Assembly: GCF_018350175.1 (NCBI RefSeq)
Contig: NC_058383.1
Location: 22,012,001 to 22,076,000, forward strand
Direction: 5' to 3'
Origin: Felis catus
Lineage: Eukaryota
Length of the DNA: 64,000 nucleotides
Of the stretch, positions 12,235 to 25,800 are shown piece by piece (the stretch's first letter is position 1; each line of letters opens with the position of its first letter). Under the pieces are notes generated by a model, which was not told the origin of the DNA, did not search any database, and saw only the letters and a program-made list of their open reading frames with translations. Both the position numbers and the translations under genes were made by a program.

Positions 12235-13913
12235 GAGAAGGCGTTTTTGAGTGTCCCGAATGAAGGCAAGGGGGGAAGGCCTCCGCATCCCCACCTTGAC
12301 CAGCTGCTGGATGTGGAATGCGCATGTGACCTTGGCCAGGGCAGCTCCCTTATGCGAAGGGCAATTCTGGGCTAGGGGCTCAGCTGTGAACAGGCTGGGC
12401 CAGCAGGTGCAATCCCAGCAGTGGGAGGAGGAGGGCTGAAGGGGAGCTTGTGCACCTGCTGCAAAGGTCAAACAGACGGGATGCGAGTCCTGGCTCTGTC
12501 GCTTTCTAGCCCAGAGATCTTGGCTAAGTCGACCTCTGGGAGCTTCATTTCCCCCACCTGTAAGAGAGGGAGGCGGCCAGGATGGGCTTCCTAGGGCTGG
12601 GGTGAGGGCTGACGGAGGGCTGCAGGTGGAGTGTAGCCTAGAGCTTGGCAGTGTTAGGAGAGGTCGTTATTATGTCCAAAACAGCACATGGAACTGGGGG
12701 ATTGGTGTGTGGTGGGGGGTGGGGGTGGGCAGGAGTTAGGGGTGGGAAAGATGGTTCCCCGGGAAAGCGTCTCACAGCTGGGGACGGCTGAATTTTGAAG
12801 AAACTGGCCATACAGGGAAAGGTGTGGGGTGGGGGAGGTGAAACACGGACAGAGGAAGAGTTAATAACCCAGTGGTGGGAGACAGCCCGCAGATGGCCAG
12901 GCGGTCCCTGTCCTTTGGGGTCAGCACCTGCCTCCCTTTGCCCCACACTCCTGCTACACGGGAAACCAGAGTTTAGTACCTTTCTGCTTCTGAAACTTCC
13001 ATTCAGCCTTTTCACCTTGCTCAGCATGGTGAGCTTCACCAGCTGGAAGGGAAAAAGCGAAAAGCCCAGAAGGAAGAATAGGAGCCCCGAGCTTCCATGG
13101 GGCTGAATATAAGCCCCAGTCAAATGCAAAGAAACCTAAAAGGCAGTGAGCACGGTGACTCCAAGAAAAGCCCACTGGAGGGATAATCCCCTCAATGGCC
13201 GTGGCACGGTTGGGTGAATGACACCAGGTAGGCACCAAAGAAAATTCACCGGGTTGGTTCCATCAAAAGGCTCCACGCCAACTGGACCTGGAAAATGTGC
13301 CATACTGCCTGGTGTCCAAAAAAGGAGACTGAGACCAGCTCTGAGCCCACCTCTTTTTGGGGTTCAAATCAGTTCAGTCTCTGAGACTGGATTCCCCAGA
13401 AAGGGTGAGCAGAGAGATGACTGGAGGCGAGTAATTAATGAATTAGTCCATTAGTTCATTCAACAAACACCGACTGGTCAGCTAGTATTTGCCGGGCACT
13501 GCTTAGTCGCGGGGCCTCAGAGGAGATGATGTTGGATTAGCACTTTCAAAAAACCCAGTCTCCCCGGTTACAGGTCAGAGCCGGTGGTGACCGGAAGGCG
13601 AATGACAGAGGCTGAGCAAACGCACCTTTCTTGAGCCGGGTGCTGGTGACCAGGTGTGTTTAGTTTCTGGAACTTCATGAAACAGTATGCGTGGGATGCC
13701 ATCTCTTTGTGTGTACCTTACACTCTGATTTTTTTTTAAAGTTGAACAATTTAAAACCTCTAAGTCCTAAAAAGATGATGGTACCCTTTTCCATGTGCAA
13801 TTAGAAAAACCACTCTCTTTAACATATGTATGAGGAAGTACAACACATTCTAATTTTTTCCATGATGACTACTCTGGTCAGTTTTTGAAATATCAAATCT
13901 CATTTTTAAAAAG

Positions 13914-13945
<32 letters not shown>

Positions 13946-14535
13946 CACTCCCCCACGTGTTCTGGCCCCAAGCACACACGCTTAAGTTTGCTCCGAATCC
14001 AGCCCTGGTGGTGACTGAAACCCACCAGGTCTCTGTCTTCCCGAAACTGAAATTCTAATGAAGGAAAGCAGCCATTCTGTAGGCAAATTAATACAGAAAT
14101 GAGTTGACTGCAGATAGCAATGAATGCTATGGAGAAAATCAAACAGGCAACGGAGCACAGAGCTGGTGGGGGTGTGAAGCGTCAGGGAAGGTTCCCTGAG
14201 ACGATGATATTTAAGTGGATTTCTAAATGGTGAGACGACCTCCACAAGAAGAGCTTTGAAGGCAGCAAGAGTGCGCGGTTGAGGGACCACAGAGCTTGCT
14301 AGCTATGAACAAAGGGTTGATGTGGCTGGAGGAGAGGAGAGAAGGGGGAAAGGAACGGGAAGGAAGCTGGAGAGGCAAACAGGGACAGAACAGGCAGAGC
14401 AGCACTTTACAAACACCTAGGCAGCTTTAAAAATTCCAGTGCCTGGAACCCTCCCCCCCCCTGCCCCCCCCCCCCCCCCGCCCCGACAGTCACTTGCAGC
14501 CCAGGCATGAGTGTGTTTAAAAAGTCCCCAGGTGA

Positions 14536-14641
14536 GTTCATGAGTTTGAGCCCCACATCGGGCTCTGTGCTGACAGCTCAGAGCCTGGAACCTGCTTCGG
14601 ATTCTGTGTCTCCCTCTGTCTCTGCCCCTCCCCCACTTGCA

Positions 14642-14681
<40 letters not shown>

Positions 14682-14799
14682 AATAAACATTAAAAAATTC
14701 TTTTTAAAATTGGATTCTGTGTCTCCCTCTCTCTGACCCCCCCAGTTGCACTCTGTGTCTCTCTCAAAAATAAACATTAAAGGAAATATTTAAAAAAAA
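14536..14799 (+). mobile_element. 5'-truncated Can-SINE with duplicated 3' half
   Basis: TSD AAAAAGTCCCCAGGTGA at 14519-14535 and 14800-14816. GGATTCTGTGTCTCCCTCT...CTCAAAAATAAACATTAAA occurs twice. Confidence 0.9.
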
Positions 14800-14946
14800 A
14801 AAAAGTCCCCAGGTGATTAAATGTGCAACCATGGGCACCGGAAGCCCACACAGAAGTTTTTGAACTTTTATGTGCATCCCATTCACCAGAGGATCTTGTT
14901 AAAATCCAGATTCTGATTCAATAGGTAGGTTTAGGAGCTGTGTTTC

Positions 14947-15377
14947 CTTTTTTTTTTTTTTTTAGTTAAAAAATTATTGATTTTGAGAGAGGAAGAGAAC
15001 AGGGGAGGGGCAGAGAGAAGGAAGAGAGAGAGAACCCCAAGCAGGCTCTGCACTGTGAGCACAGAGCCTGTTTCGGAGCTCAAACTCATGAACTGTGAGA
15101 TCATGACCTGAGCCGAAACCAAGAGTCAGATGCTTAACTGACTGAGTCGCCCAGGTGCCCAAGGAGCTGCATTTCTTTTTTTTTCTTTTAAATGTTTATT
15201 TATTTTTGAGAAAGAGTATGAGCAGGGGAGGGGCAGAGAGAGAGGGGGAACAGAGAATACAAAGTGGGCTCCACACTGACAGCAGAGACCCTGACCCAGG
15301 GCTCCAACTCATGAACTGTGAGATCATGACCTGAGCCAAAGGCGGACCCTTGACTGACTGAGCCACCCAGGCGCCCC
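14947..15377 (-). mobile_element. Two tandem Can-SINEs (14947-15160, 15176-15377)
   Basis: Two antisense SINE bodies separated and flanked by three copies of AGGAGCTG(C/T)(A/G)TTT. Confidence 0.92.
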
Positions 15378-17727
15378 AGGAGCTGCATTTTTAGCGAGCT
15401 CCCAGGTGATGCTGATGCTCCTGGTCCAAGGACCACACTTTGAGTAGCAAGGTTTGGGGCTGTGATAAGGAGGCTTATTTTTTAAAGAGCCGGGGAAGCC
15501 ATTGGAGAAGAGTAAGCAGGAGGCTAGCACGACCTTCTGGATGTTTTCAAAAGATTACTCAGGCGACAATGTGGAAAATGGATTGGAGGGAGAAAAGAGT
15601 GGGCGCTGGAAGATAAGGGATAAAGGAATCAAGGGGGAAGGCTGAGTGACTTCTCTTGCTTTTCCTGCTGCCCCAGGCCCTAGGGGCCATGGGCATTGGG
15701 AGAGCACGAGAGAGATTACAAATCTACAGCATCCAAGGCTTTAATCTCGAGTACCTATCTGTGTCATCTCACTAGACAGATATTCAGAACTATCCCACGA
15801 GGAGTAAGTCAACTAAGTAATGACTTTCAAAGCCAGATCTATGCCCCAAGCAGAGCAGAAAGGAGGTGCAGGTCTGGGGAAGCACAGAGGACCAGCAAAG
15901 TATACGGTCGTTTTAAAGTATAAGAAAATGATCACTGATGTCTCAGCTGTTTGGTTGACAGCTAATAGCAGTCTCTTGGGTGACAGAGAGGCCAAGGTGA
16001 GTGAAGGAAGCATGTTGTTATTTGGAGAGCTGATCCTACTGGATGCATATTATTAATTCCCCCCGCCCTACTCCCTGCCTCGAGCAATGCCTTCAAACCA
16101 GTCTCCACAGTCCTGAAAAGAGTCAGGAGCCAGAGAAGCAAGGGGCACAATGAAGATCGCGGGGGATGAAGGGCAGACCTTCGCAGAGCAGACAGGGGTC
16201 CTTCCTGCTCACGTACTTGCTGTGACCGTGTTGGGCTGGGGGATGTCACACTCCTCCCAACCCTGCCAGAGAAGCTGGCTGACTTGGGTTGCTGTGCCTC
16301 CAGTGGTGCGCTAACATTCCAGGCTTAATCCCTCAGCCCCCAGGGAATAGATCCCAACTTATCTGGAAATTCATTGACCCAGGAAAGAAATAAAAGTGAA
16401 TGTTTCTGCAAGACAAAATGACCCAATGTTACCCAGACTTCATAGTGTGTGAGACCCCTTTTTAGTATAAAGGACGGCCATAGATCCCCAGATAATTGAG
16501 TTATTATGCTTTTTTCTAGCAACCAGGGAGTACAAAACCAGGGGTTCTGAAGGTCATATCCTGCCAGAGAACTTAGTGTGGTTGGCTCTTATAGCATTTT
16601 GGAAAGACTGACAATCATAGCTAACATTTGAAAACTTCAGAAGCTCACACAAAATCTAGAATTCTGGCTTTCTTCCAAAAAAAAAAAAAAAATCAGAGGA
16701 CCCGGCAACGATGGGCCCACATTTCTGTATGGGGCCATATAATTTCCGGCTTGCCATCATGCCTCCAACCCCTTCCCTCGAGACAACCCATCTGGCTCTG
16801 TAGGCACCTGGGTTTGTGGCCCTTGTCTCCACATTCCAGAGTCCATTGCTTGCCCCATGAGGTCCCAGGTCCACAAGCTGGGAACAAAAGACTGACTCTT
16901 TATCTGCACTTAAAAGCAGTTTGGAAGCCACTCAGATCAAAGATCTTAGTCATAGCTCAAAAAAGGAGCCTACAAAGTGAGAAATGAATGTAGAAATAAC
17001 CACAGCTTTCCACCCAGAGTTCTTTGATGTCAGTGGTCTCTGATTCTCAAAGTGGGGGAGTTGTGCACACAAGTACTTTCAGATTTTGATCTCTCCAAGC
17101 AAAAAGGACTGTAAGTCCCTCAAATAGCATGGGAAATGTTGTCCTAGGAGGCATCATTCCATCCTCTGTGTGTGTTCAAACGACTTCATTAAGACCTGAT
17201 GGGCAGCAAATAGGTTCAGGTCATACTTCTCCCCTTCCTGTCCTCCCTCACCACTCCCCGCCCCCTCCCCGCCCCCCAGAATAAGTTCATGGAAGGCAAC
17301 ATGGCAATATAAATCAAAAGACTTTGAGATATGGCTATCTTTAAGGAGGGAGAAGGCTGGAATAAACCATGTGATTCTGGATTTCAACTGGAGATATGAT
17401 GGCAAACTCACGTTTAGCTTAATATCAATATAGATTGGGAAATATCAGATTATAGATATGTCTATACACATGGGTTTGTATACACACATACATTTCCAAG
17501 CTCTGTCTGCCGGCAGGGTCTAGAAGCAACAGCATGCTGGTACACCGAGCGTAATCAGTACCCCGGATCTTGATCTCCAATCAGAGAATCAGAGCTCTCT
17601 GGAGAAATAACTTCCTCTAGGGCTGCAGCAGGGAACACATAAGATGAGCCTGGAGCATCTCGTAGGCCAGGAAACAAGGAAGTGTCCAAGATACCCACCA
17701 GTGGGCATCTATCAAAAGGACACAGGT

Positions 17728-17942
17728 GGGGTGCCTGGGTGGCTCAGTCGATTACGCGTCCGACTTCCGCTCAGGTCATGATCTTATGGCTCGTGGGTTC
17801 GAGCCCCACGTCGGGCTCTGTGCTGACAGCTCAGAGCCTGGAGCCTGCTTCCGATTCTATGTCTCCCTCTCTCTCTGCCCCTCCCCTGCTAGTGCTCTGT
17901 CTCTGTCTCTGTCTCTCAAAAATAAATAAACATAAAAAAAAA
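17728..17942 (+). mobile_element. Can-SINE (SINEC_Fc-like)
   Basis: Full length; TSD AAAAGGACACAGG on both sides. Confidence 0.92.
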
Positions 17943-18870
17943 AAAAGGACACAGGAGCCAACCAACAGAGCTCCCAGCAGCCAAAGCTGGAACATTCTCA
18001 GCAACGAGATAAACAGTGGAGTAATGGATTATAATCCAAGGTATAAAATAAGTAGCTATGGGTCCATAGTGACATAAAGCAATAAACGGATGAATAAGTA
18101 AATGGGCGGTAGGGAAGGAGACAAATCTCCTGTACAGAAGAATTCCAAATAATTTATACAGTTATGGCCACCTCAGAGAGGGGAGCATAATTCCCCAGAG
18201 GAATTTCCTTCCAAATAGCAATGTCTAGAAAGGGGTGCAATGCAACTCTACAGGGGAGAAACCTGACACACACAACCTCGGCCAGGTGACGGAGGTCAAC
18301 ATCAACAGTCACAAGTCATGTGGAGAGTTCGCGCCCTTGGTAAGATGTGATGAGAACGGCACTATGTGTGGTCCTTCCTCTCGAAGCCCCATAACCCCTG
18401 ATGTAATCATGAGAAAAGCATATTCTACAGAATCCCCAGACAGCCCTTCTCAAAACCACCGAGGTCATCAAAAACCAGGGAAGTCTAAGAAACCCACAGT
18501 CTAAAGAAGCCTAAGGAGATATGACGGCTAAACATAATAGGAGTGGCCCAGATGGGATCCTGAAACAGGAAAAGGACATTAGGTAAAAACTAAGGAAATC
18601 AGAATAAAATTCAGCTTTAGTTAATAATGTGTCAATATATTGGTTCATGAGCTGGAACGAATGCATCATTCTAATGTCCTTAACACCAAGGGAAACTGGA
18701 TGTACATATACAGGAACTCACTCTACTATCTTGGCAGCTTTTCTATAAATCAAAAACTATTCTAAGTCGAAAGTTTATTGAAACATATGCTCATCTTTTA
18801 ACTCAGTGTTCTCAGCTCTAAAAATTCCATAAAGAAATAATTCTGAACGTGCGCGAGAATTTATTTACAA

Positions 18871-18873
<3 letters not shown>

Positions 18874-18916
<43 letters not shown>
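18874..18916. repeat. (TG)n microsatellite
   Basis: Seen directly. Confidence 0.95.
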
Positions 18917-18918
<2 letters not shown>

Positions 18919-19133
18919 TGTTTTTAACTGGAAGCAGACTAAATACCCAATAATAGGGGATGAAGTAAATAAATTATGATACATTAGAAAATGACATACT
19001 ATCTGGTCATTAAATGATGCAGTAAAACATTTGTTCATGTAGAAAAGATGAACGTGATGCTTTAGTAAATAAAAAAGTACTTTACAAAAAATTTATGGTA
19101 TAATCTCATTCTGGTTAAAAATAAGGGATTCCT

Positions 19134-19263
19134 GGGGTGCCTGGGTGGCTCAGTCAGTTAAGCATCTGACTCTTGATTTTAGGTTAGGTCATGATCTCAC
19201 AGTTCATGAGTTTGAGCCCCACCCACATCAGGCTCTGTGCTAGCAGTGTGGAGCCTGCTTGGG

Positions 19264-19309
<46 letters not shown>

Positions 19310-19484
19310 TGCACCCCCCCCCTTAAAATAGATGCATAAACATTAAAAAAAATAAGGGATGGGGTGCCTATGTGGCTCAGTCAGTTAAGCAACTGACTCT
19401 TGGTTTCGGCTCAGGTCATGATCTCACAGTTTGCGAGTTCAAGCTCTGCATTGGGCTCTGTGCTGACAGTGCAGAGCCTGCTTA

Positions 19485-19528
<44 letters not shown>

Positions 19529-19846
19529 CCTCCCCCATTTGTGCGCGCTCTCTCTTTCTCTCTCAAAAATAAATAAAAATAAACTAAAAAAAAAATAAGG
19601 GTTAGCTAAGTAGGGCATAAAATGTAAATGAGCCTGGGTGGCTCAGTTGGTTAAGCGTATGGCTTCAGCTCAGGTCAGATCTCGCAGTTTGTGAGTTCGA
19701 GCCCCGTGTCGGCCTCTGTGCTGACAGCTCAGAGCCTGGAGCCTGCTTCCGATTCTGTGTCTCCCTCTCTCTCTGCCCCTCCTCTGTTCACGTTCTGTCT
19801 CTCTCTGTCTCTCAGAAATGAATAAAAATGTTAAAAAAAAATTAAG
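19134..19846 (+). mobile_element. Cluster of three Can-SINEs (19134-19347, 19361-19590, 19630-19846)
   Basis: Three heads and tails. AAAAATAAGGG occurs three times around the first two; TSD AAAATGTAAAT flanks the third. Confidence 0.92.
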
Positions 19847-19994
19847 AAAATGTAAATATATATATTTGATGGGGGTTATAGCTGTGCTAAGAGAATATGA
19901 GGATTATCATTACTTGTTACTCTCAAGCTAATTTTTGTTTCCTAAGTTTTCTATAGTGAACAATACATTGTTTCTATTGTAAAAAAGAACATTA

Positions 19995-20243
19995 AACATA
20001 CATATATATTTATGTTTGCATATGTTTATACATATGTATAAGTATGTATACATATGTATACATATGTATTAAGTATATACATGTATTTAGTTTATATGGA
20101 TATATATTTTTTCTTTCTCTTTTTCTTCTATATATACGTTTATATATACATATGTATTAAGTATATGCATATATATTTATACGGTTTATGAGACTGACTC
20201 AGGACAATAGTTATATGGTTTATATGGCTATGTCTATATATTT
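19995..20243. repeat. Degenerate (TA/TACATATG)n AT-rich repeat
   Basis: Repeated palindromic TACATATGTA units. Confidence 0.85.
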
Positions 20244-21183
20244 ATTTTCTTTTTTTCCTTAAGAAGAGGAAACACAGGCCCAGGCTGTGGACCCCCACTT
20301 GACTGTGGCGACAAGCAGCTTTGGGGTAAAATCCAGCTCTTCTCTTTCTCAAGGCCACCAGGAAAACAACGAGGAGATCCTTCTCAGTACAAGGGTTTTG
20401 TTGCTGGACACGTGTGGGAAACAGAACAAGATGGCACACACGGGTGGACAGGTTCTAGAACTTTGCAGACCCACGGTCCTTCCTGTCCATCTTCAGGCTC
20501 CTTTCTTGGATGATTCTCCAAGAGGTTTCCGTTTGTTCAGGCTGCCAAGTCTGGGGGACTCTCCCAGCTGCCCGGCGTGCACTAGGCTCTCACAAAACGC
20601 TTGCTGAGCGAGCCAGTGAGTAAGTGGACGGACACATGCATCTTCCGCTCTGCTTGCTCCCTGTCCTCTCTTGTTTCCATTTCTAAGTTGAGAGGATTTC
20701 TATTTTGGTTTTTGGAGGCCTTGCTTTCCATAGCACAGCCGTCCTCTTTCCGGCTGCCCGTTCCAATCCCCTGAGCAGCTTCAAAACAAGCCCAGGACTC
20801 GGGGTCTTGGGGGTCTGGAGGAGGGGGTGGGCATCAGTGCTTTTGAGCATTCCCTGGGTCACCTTCTATGTAGCCAGGACTGAGGACCGCCCTGCCGGCT
20901 GTGCTCCCAGCTCCTGTCCCTGGGTGGGGGGCGGCTGCCGGTAAGGGCCACTCGCAGATCCAAATAACCAGCAGACTCTGAATGAATGACCAAGCCCTTT
21001 CTGGTGCAGGGCATCACCTGCTTGGGACTTTGGTGACTCATGCAGGCACCGGGCAGCCCCTCCCTCCTCCCTTCCTTGGCATTCTGATAATCCTGGGTTT
21101 ACAGATAATTTCATTCTTCAGACACAGTAGTTGTCATGCACACCAAGGAATGAGGAGGGTTAATGCTTTAAAATCATCACTTA

Positions 21184-21184
<1 letters not shown>

Positions 21185-21253
<69 letters not shown>
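21185..21253. repeat. Compound (TG)n(AG)n microsatellite
   Basis: Seen directly. Confidence 0.95.
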
Positions 21254-21255
<2 letters not shown>

Positions 21256-21994
21256 CATCACAGGGGAGCCTGTAGATCTTGAAACACCCCTGGGATGAGC
21301 ATGCGTCCCCAGCAAGCCCAACCTCCCTTTCCAGAGGATAGTTCAGGAGTGTCTTCAGAGATAACAGGAATATTGCCTCAGCCCCCCTGAGCTTGTCCTT
21401 TGCAGCGCTTATCTCAAAAATAATTGATTAATTTTTTGTGCACAGCTGGGTGTCTGGTGAGGAAGAGGTTTAATTTTGTTTTCTGCAAGAGAAACAGTTG
21501 ATGTGTGGTTCTGGGAAAGCTGCAAGTTCAGAGGACAGATTTATGGAAGGAGACAAAAATGGGAAGTTATAGAGCCCTGTCAGGGCAAACTGGCCCAGCT
21601 GTTGGTGCGGGAAGGCAAGGTGTACCTGCCCCCAATATGGAAGCCACCCTGGGGTGGGGGTGGGGGGCAGGGGAGGATAGGACCGGAAGTGAGGTCATCG
21701 AAAGGGAAAGACAGTCATGGACTGATGGACAATGGGAACACTCCTGACCCTTGCCATCCAGAGAGCAGGCTTGTACTTGAATCTAAAAAATCTGTATGTC
21801 TTATTCTGGTGTGATGTACCTCTTGCAAAATTCTCCTCTTTAGCTGCTCCAGCAGAGTTTGGTGGCTGGAGGTGATGGCTCTAGGTGAAATCCTGGTGCT
21901 GTCTCTTAGAGCTGTGACCTAGCAGGTTACTTAACCTCTCCAAACCTTAATTTTCTCACCTGTAAAATGGGTTTAATCCTAATACCCCTTAGAG

Positions 21995-22033
21995 TTGTTT
22001 TGTTTTGTTTGTTTGTTTTTGGTTTTGTTTTTT

Positions 22034-22066
<33 letters not shown>

Positions 22067-22228
22067 ACATGAGTGGTGGAAAGGGCAGAGGGAGAGACAG
22101 AAAATCTCAAGCAGGCTCCACACTCAGCATGGAGCCCACTGTGGGGCTCTGTCCCATGACCCTGGGATCACGACCTGAGCTGAAATCAAGAGTCAGTCAC
22201 TCAAGGGACTGAACCACCCAGGCGCCCC
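21995..22228 (-). mobile_element. Can-SINE inside a MIR
   Basis: (TTTG)n tail, (GA)n, and head ending CAGGCGCCCC. Confidence 0.88.
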
Positions 22229-25200
22229 ACCTCTGAGAGTTATTTTAAGGATTAAATGAGATATTGTGTGAAACATGCTCAGAATAATACCCAGTCCAGA
22301 AATCGCTAAATCACTCAATAAATGTCAGCTTTTTCCTTTTTTTCTTTTTTTATTCACACCTTAAAGGATTATAGCAGCATGGGTAGAAATTGCACTATCT
22401 CTGGATACTGAGATCTAGCTGCCATCAGCACCAAGAGTAGCAACTTGAGAATGTATTTGGGATTTTCCTGTCCCAGGAGGCAGGCTGGGTGTCTCGGCAA
22501 TGGGGATCCTTTCTGAAGCTAGAATCTATGGTGGCAGTTGTGACACATCGTAGCCTCCAGGGAGCACATCTCCCTGGGCTCCAGTTCAGGCAGAGATTCT
22601 GCAGAAAGATGGACTGACCATTTGGACCCCAGGAAGCAACCTGGAGACTTAGAAGGACCCAAGGAAAGAAACTGGACCTCCCGCTGAACTGGCAGGTGGA
22701 CTGCTAGGGCCTGGCCTCTGGAGGGCGCTCCTGAGAAACCATTCCTAGGCTCAGGCGGCAGTCACCTGTCCCCCACCTCGAGGGCAGTCACCACCTAGCA
22801 CCACTCTATCCCCAGTGCCTGGCGCCTAGTGCACACTCAGTATCTATCTGAATGAACAAGTGAATTAATGAATGACATACATTTTTCAAAGTCCTTTCAC
22901 ACCTAGTATCTCATTTAATTCTCATAAAAGCCCTATGAAATATGCAGGGCAAGGATCATTTTTCCAATTTTTACCGGATAAACCGGACCAGGACTCACAT
23001 GTAGTTGGCAAGATTCCAGGTCTCAGACCCCTATTGTTTTTTCTACTATAGCGTGCTGCTTCTAAAATGTCTTTCGTTTGTTTTGCCAGAAGTTAAGGAC
23101 AGTATGGTTTTATCACCATCATCTGCCTAGACTTTTTTGGAGTGTATAAAGTCACTTGACCTCCTTGCCAAGCATCTCCTGGCTATGAAGACAATTATCT
23201 CCTCCAGTGCCCTGGAACCTGGACCTTCTGCCCATCAGAGCAGACAGACTTCTCCTTTGGCCTGTGGGCAGCATTAATGAACAGCGGCTGGGAACCCCGT
23301 GGCTTTGGCACAGGAAGCCCTGCTGCCAGCAGGGATGGTGTTGTGTCCCTTCACACTGGCTAATTCAGGGGATTTCTCATTCCTAAGCCAAGGGGATTGC
23401 TGGCCCAGCTGCCTGGAGGGGAGACATCCTGGTGTCTTCTCCAATGCCCTCTCTAAGCGAAGAGTTTTCAGATAAGCAAAAGGAGGCAATTTCACTACCT
23501 AGATTTGCCTTCCTGCTCCTGGACCTACGACAGGTGCACAACACTGTTTGTGGGAAGAATAGATCTTTTTAGAAGCAGCAAATTTTTCTCAGAAGGGAGA
23601 TAAGGCATGCACAGTTTTCTATGAAAACACATTCCTGCAGCTGAGGAAGAAGCTGAGGAATCAGATGGATGGGATAAGAGGCAAGAGGATTGGAAAGGTT
23701 TTGATTCAAGGTTTTTATGGTTTTTTTTTCTTCCCCACCCATAATGTTTCTAGTGTGGATCCTGGAACCAGATGCATGGTCAGGGGTGAGAGAGAACCTC
23801 CCCTCTTTAGATCTCCCTTGGTGATTTCCAGGGGACTCAGAACATCTGCTGACTGATGCAAGGCAGATAGATTTGCTTCACTGGGGGTCAGGTTTCGCAG
23901 GCTGGAACCGAAATGGGACCAGATCCGAGTTGGAGAATATTTCTCAATCACTTGTAGAGGGTATCACAAGAATCTTATTATCAATAACTGTAAGTTCTGA
24001 AATGTGCAAGGGACATGCTTCTTATTTTTATATTAGGGCGGCCTCTGTTCTCACTTGATTGCATTCTGATATACTCACTTCAATGGGACGGAAAAAGAAG
24101 GTGGAGCGAACAACCTTATTGTCCATTTTGCAGATGAGGAAACTGAGGACACCAAGAATTCCACAGTCTCTTGTGCAGATTCACAGCCGTCAGGTATAGA
24201 GGAAGATTCAAATGCTGCAAGGTAGCTCTGAAGTCTACACTCCCAACTGGATAAATGGAGTAACAAGAGAACCAGAGATTGTATGACAGAGTTGGGGGAC
24301 CCTAAGGTCATCTAATCTTCTTGTTCTGTAAAGATGGGGCCCCCAAAGGGCATGATTTATTCCAGGGCACAGAGTAAGTCGGGGCAGAGTGGAGTCCAGA
24401 ACTAAGATTCTGGCTCTTCGAACAGCGGAGGTTTCAAATATTTTCCCCACATCTCCAGGATCTTTAAGTCCAAGGGACAGGTATTTTCTTGGCTTGGGTG
24501 AGAACCCATGTCCAGAGTGGTCAAGATCTGAAAAACCAGGTCTACACAATCACCCACACGTTTTCCAGAGCCAGATGTTTAGCATGAAGAAACTTGACAT
24601 CCAAGCAACAGAAATAATGTTTCACTTTCTCCCTGCCAGCTTTCCGGTCTTCTAATCAAACACCTTGGTTTGGTTTCTTCTCCCAACACACCAGCGTCAA
24701 GTCCTCTCTGGCCTTCCCCGTGCCCCATCCTGGTCTGGGGAATTTAGGCTCTTTTCCTTAACCCATTTCATTTTTTAGGATTATTGTTTGGTTCATTCTG
24801 GTTTAGACTGTACCCAAATTTCTTAGGACTGACTCAAAGGAAAAAGCATTTTGTTAAAATAGCTGCATTGCTTTTAAACAATTTGTCCTCCTACTCACTT
24901 TTTCTTTTTGGAAGACAGAAACTGAATATAGATTTGTGGGAGAGAGATACAGAGGGAACCAGAGAAGAGGGGCAGAGGAGAGAGAGGCTCGGGAGAGGGG
25001 ACGGGAGAGAGGAAGAGGGGAGGGCAGGACAAGGCAGAATACCAGCTCCAGGAATGACGCCAGGAAATCAGCCAGGACTCTTCCCCACTTCTGGTTGTGT
25101 ACAGGCTGAGACCCAAAACCAGTCCCTGTTTCTGTCAAAACGGAATCAACGCCCAGCCCAAATGTATATGTTTAAAGATCGCATCTTTTCCACTGCCCCT

Positions 25201-25582
25201 AAACAGGTAGTTTCATTAACGAAGGGAAGGGAGGTCTCTCTGTGGTCCCCTAACCGGGGTTGGGTTTGGGGAAGCTGGTAGCCAGAACACAGGGAAAACA
25301 GGCACAGGCTGTACCCCACAGGGGGGATTCCTGCTGACTCTGTTTCCCCATTCATGACTCCCCAGGAGGAGCAATTGAAAAATTGAGCTGCTTGGCACAG
25401 CGGGAGGGCAGTTCATGCATATTCAAATCCCTCCCTCCCAGCACTAAACTTAGCTGCCACCTTGCTCATCCTGAATGCCTTCCACCTCCGCGTACCGGTT
25501 ATCCTATCCGCTCCACCTGTGCCCAGGAGCCTGTCTCCTCTGTCGCCCCCACGTGCTTACCTTGTCATTGACCGTGATAATA

Positions 25583-25800
25583 ACAGCTAACACTTAGGCT
25601 GGCTCTACCGGGTATCCCTGTTCAATGCATGCTACATGTGCGAAACCGTTTAATCCTTATCACAACCATATGAGGTTGGTGCTGTTATTATCCCTTCCCT
25701 TTTGTTGACAGATGATGAACCTGAGGCACAGAGAGGTTAAGTAACTTGTCCCAGGTCACACAGCCAGTAAGTGGCAGAAGCAGGTCTTGAGCCCAGCACT
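25583..25800 (-). mobile_element. MIR SINE, antisense (others at about 7990-8200, 26830-26990, 27335-27480)
   Basis: ACAGATGATGAACCTGAGGCACAGAGAGGTTAAGTAACTTGTCCCAGGTCACACAGC. Confidence 0.85.

Larger units (their letters stand above)
14400..15452. mobile_element. MER5-family MITE fragments split by three SINE insertions
   Basis: GATCTTGTTAAAATCCAGATTCTGATTCA and CCCAGGTGATGCTGATGCTCCTGGTCCAAGGACCACACTTTGAGTAGC motifs. Confidence 0.7.
17350..19115 (+). mobile_element. Old L1M (L1MC/MD-like) 3'UTR fragments
   Basis: Motifs such as GGAACTCACTCTACTATCTTGGCAGCTTTTCTATAAATCAAAAACTATTCTAA are typical of old L1 3' ends; interrupted by a SINE and (TG)n. Confidence 0.6.
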
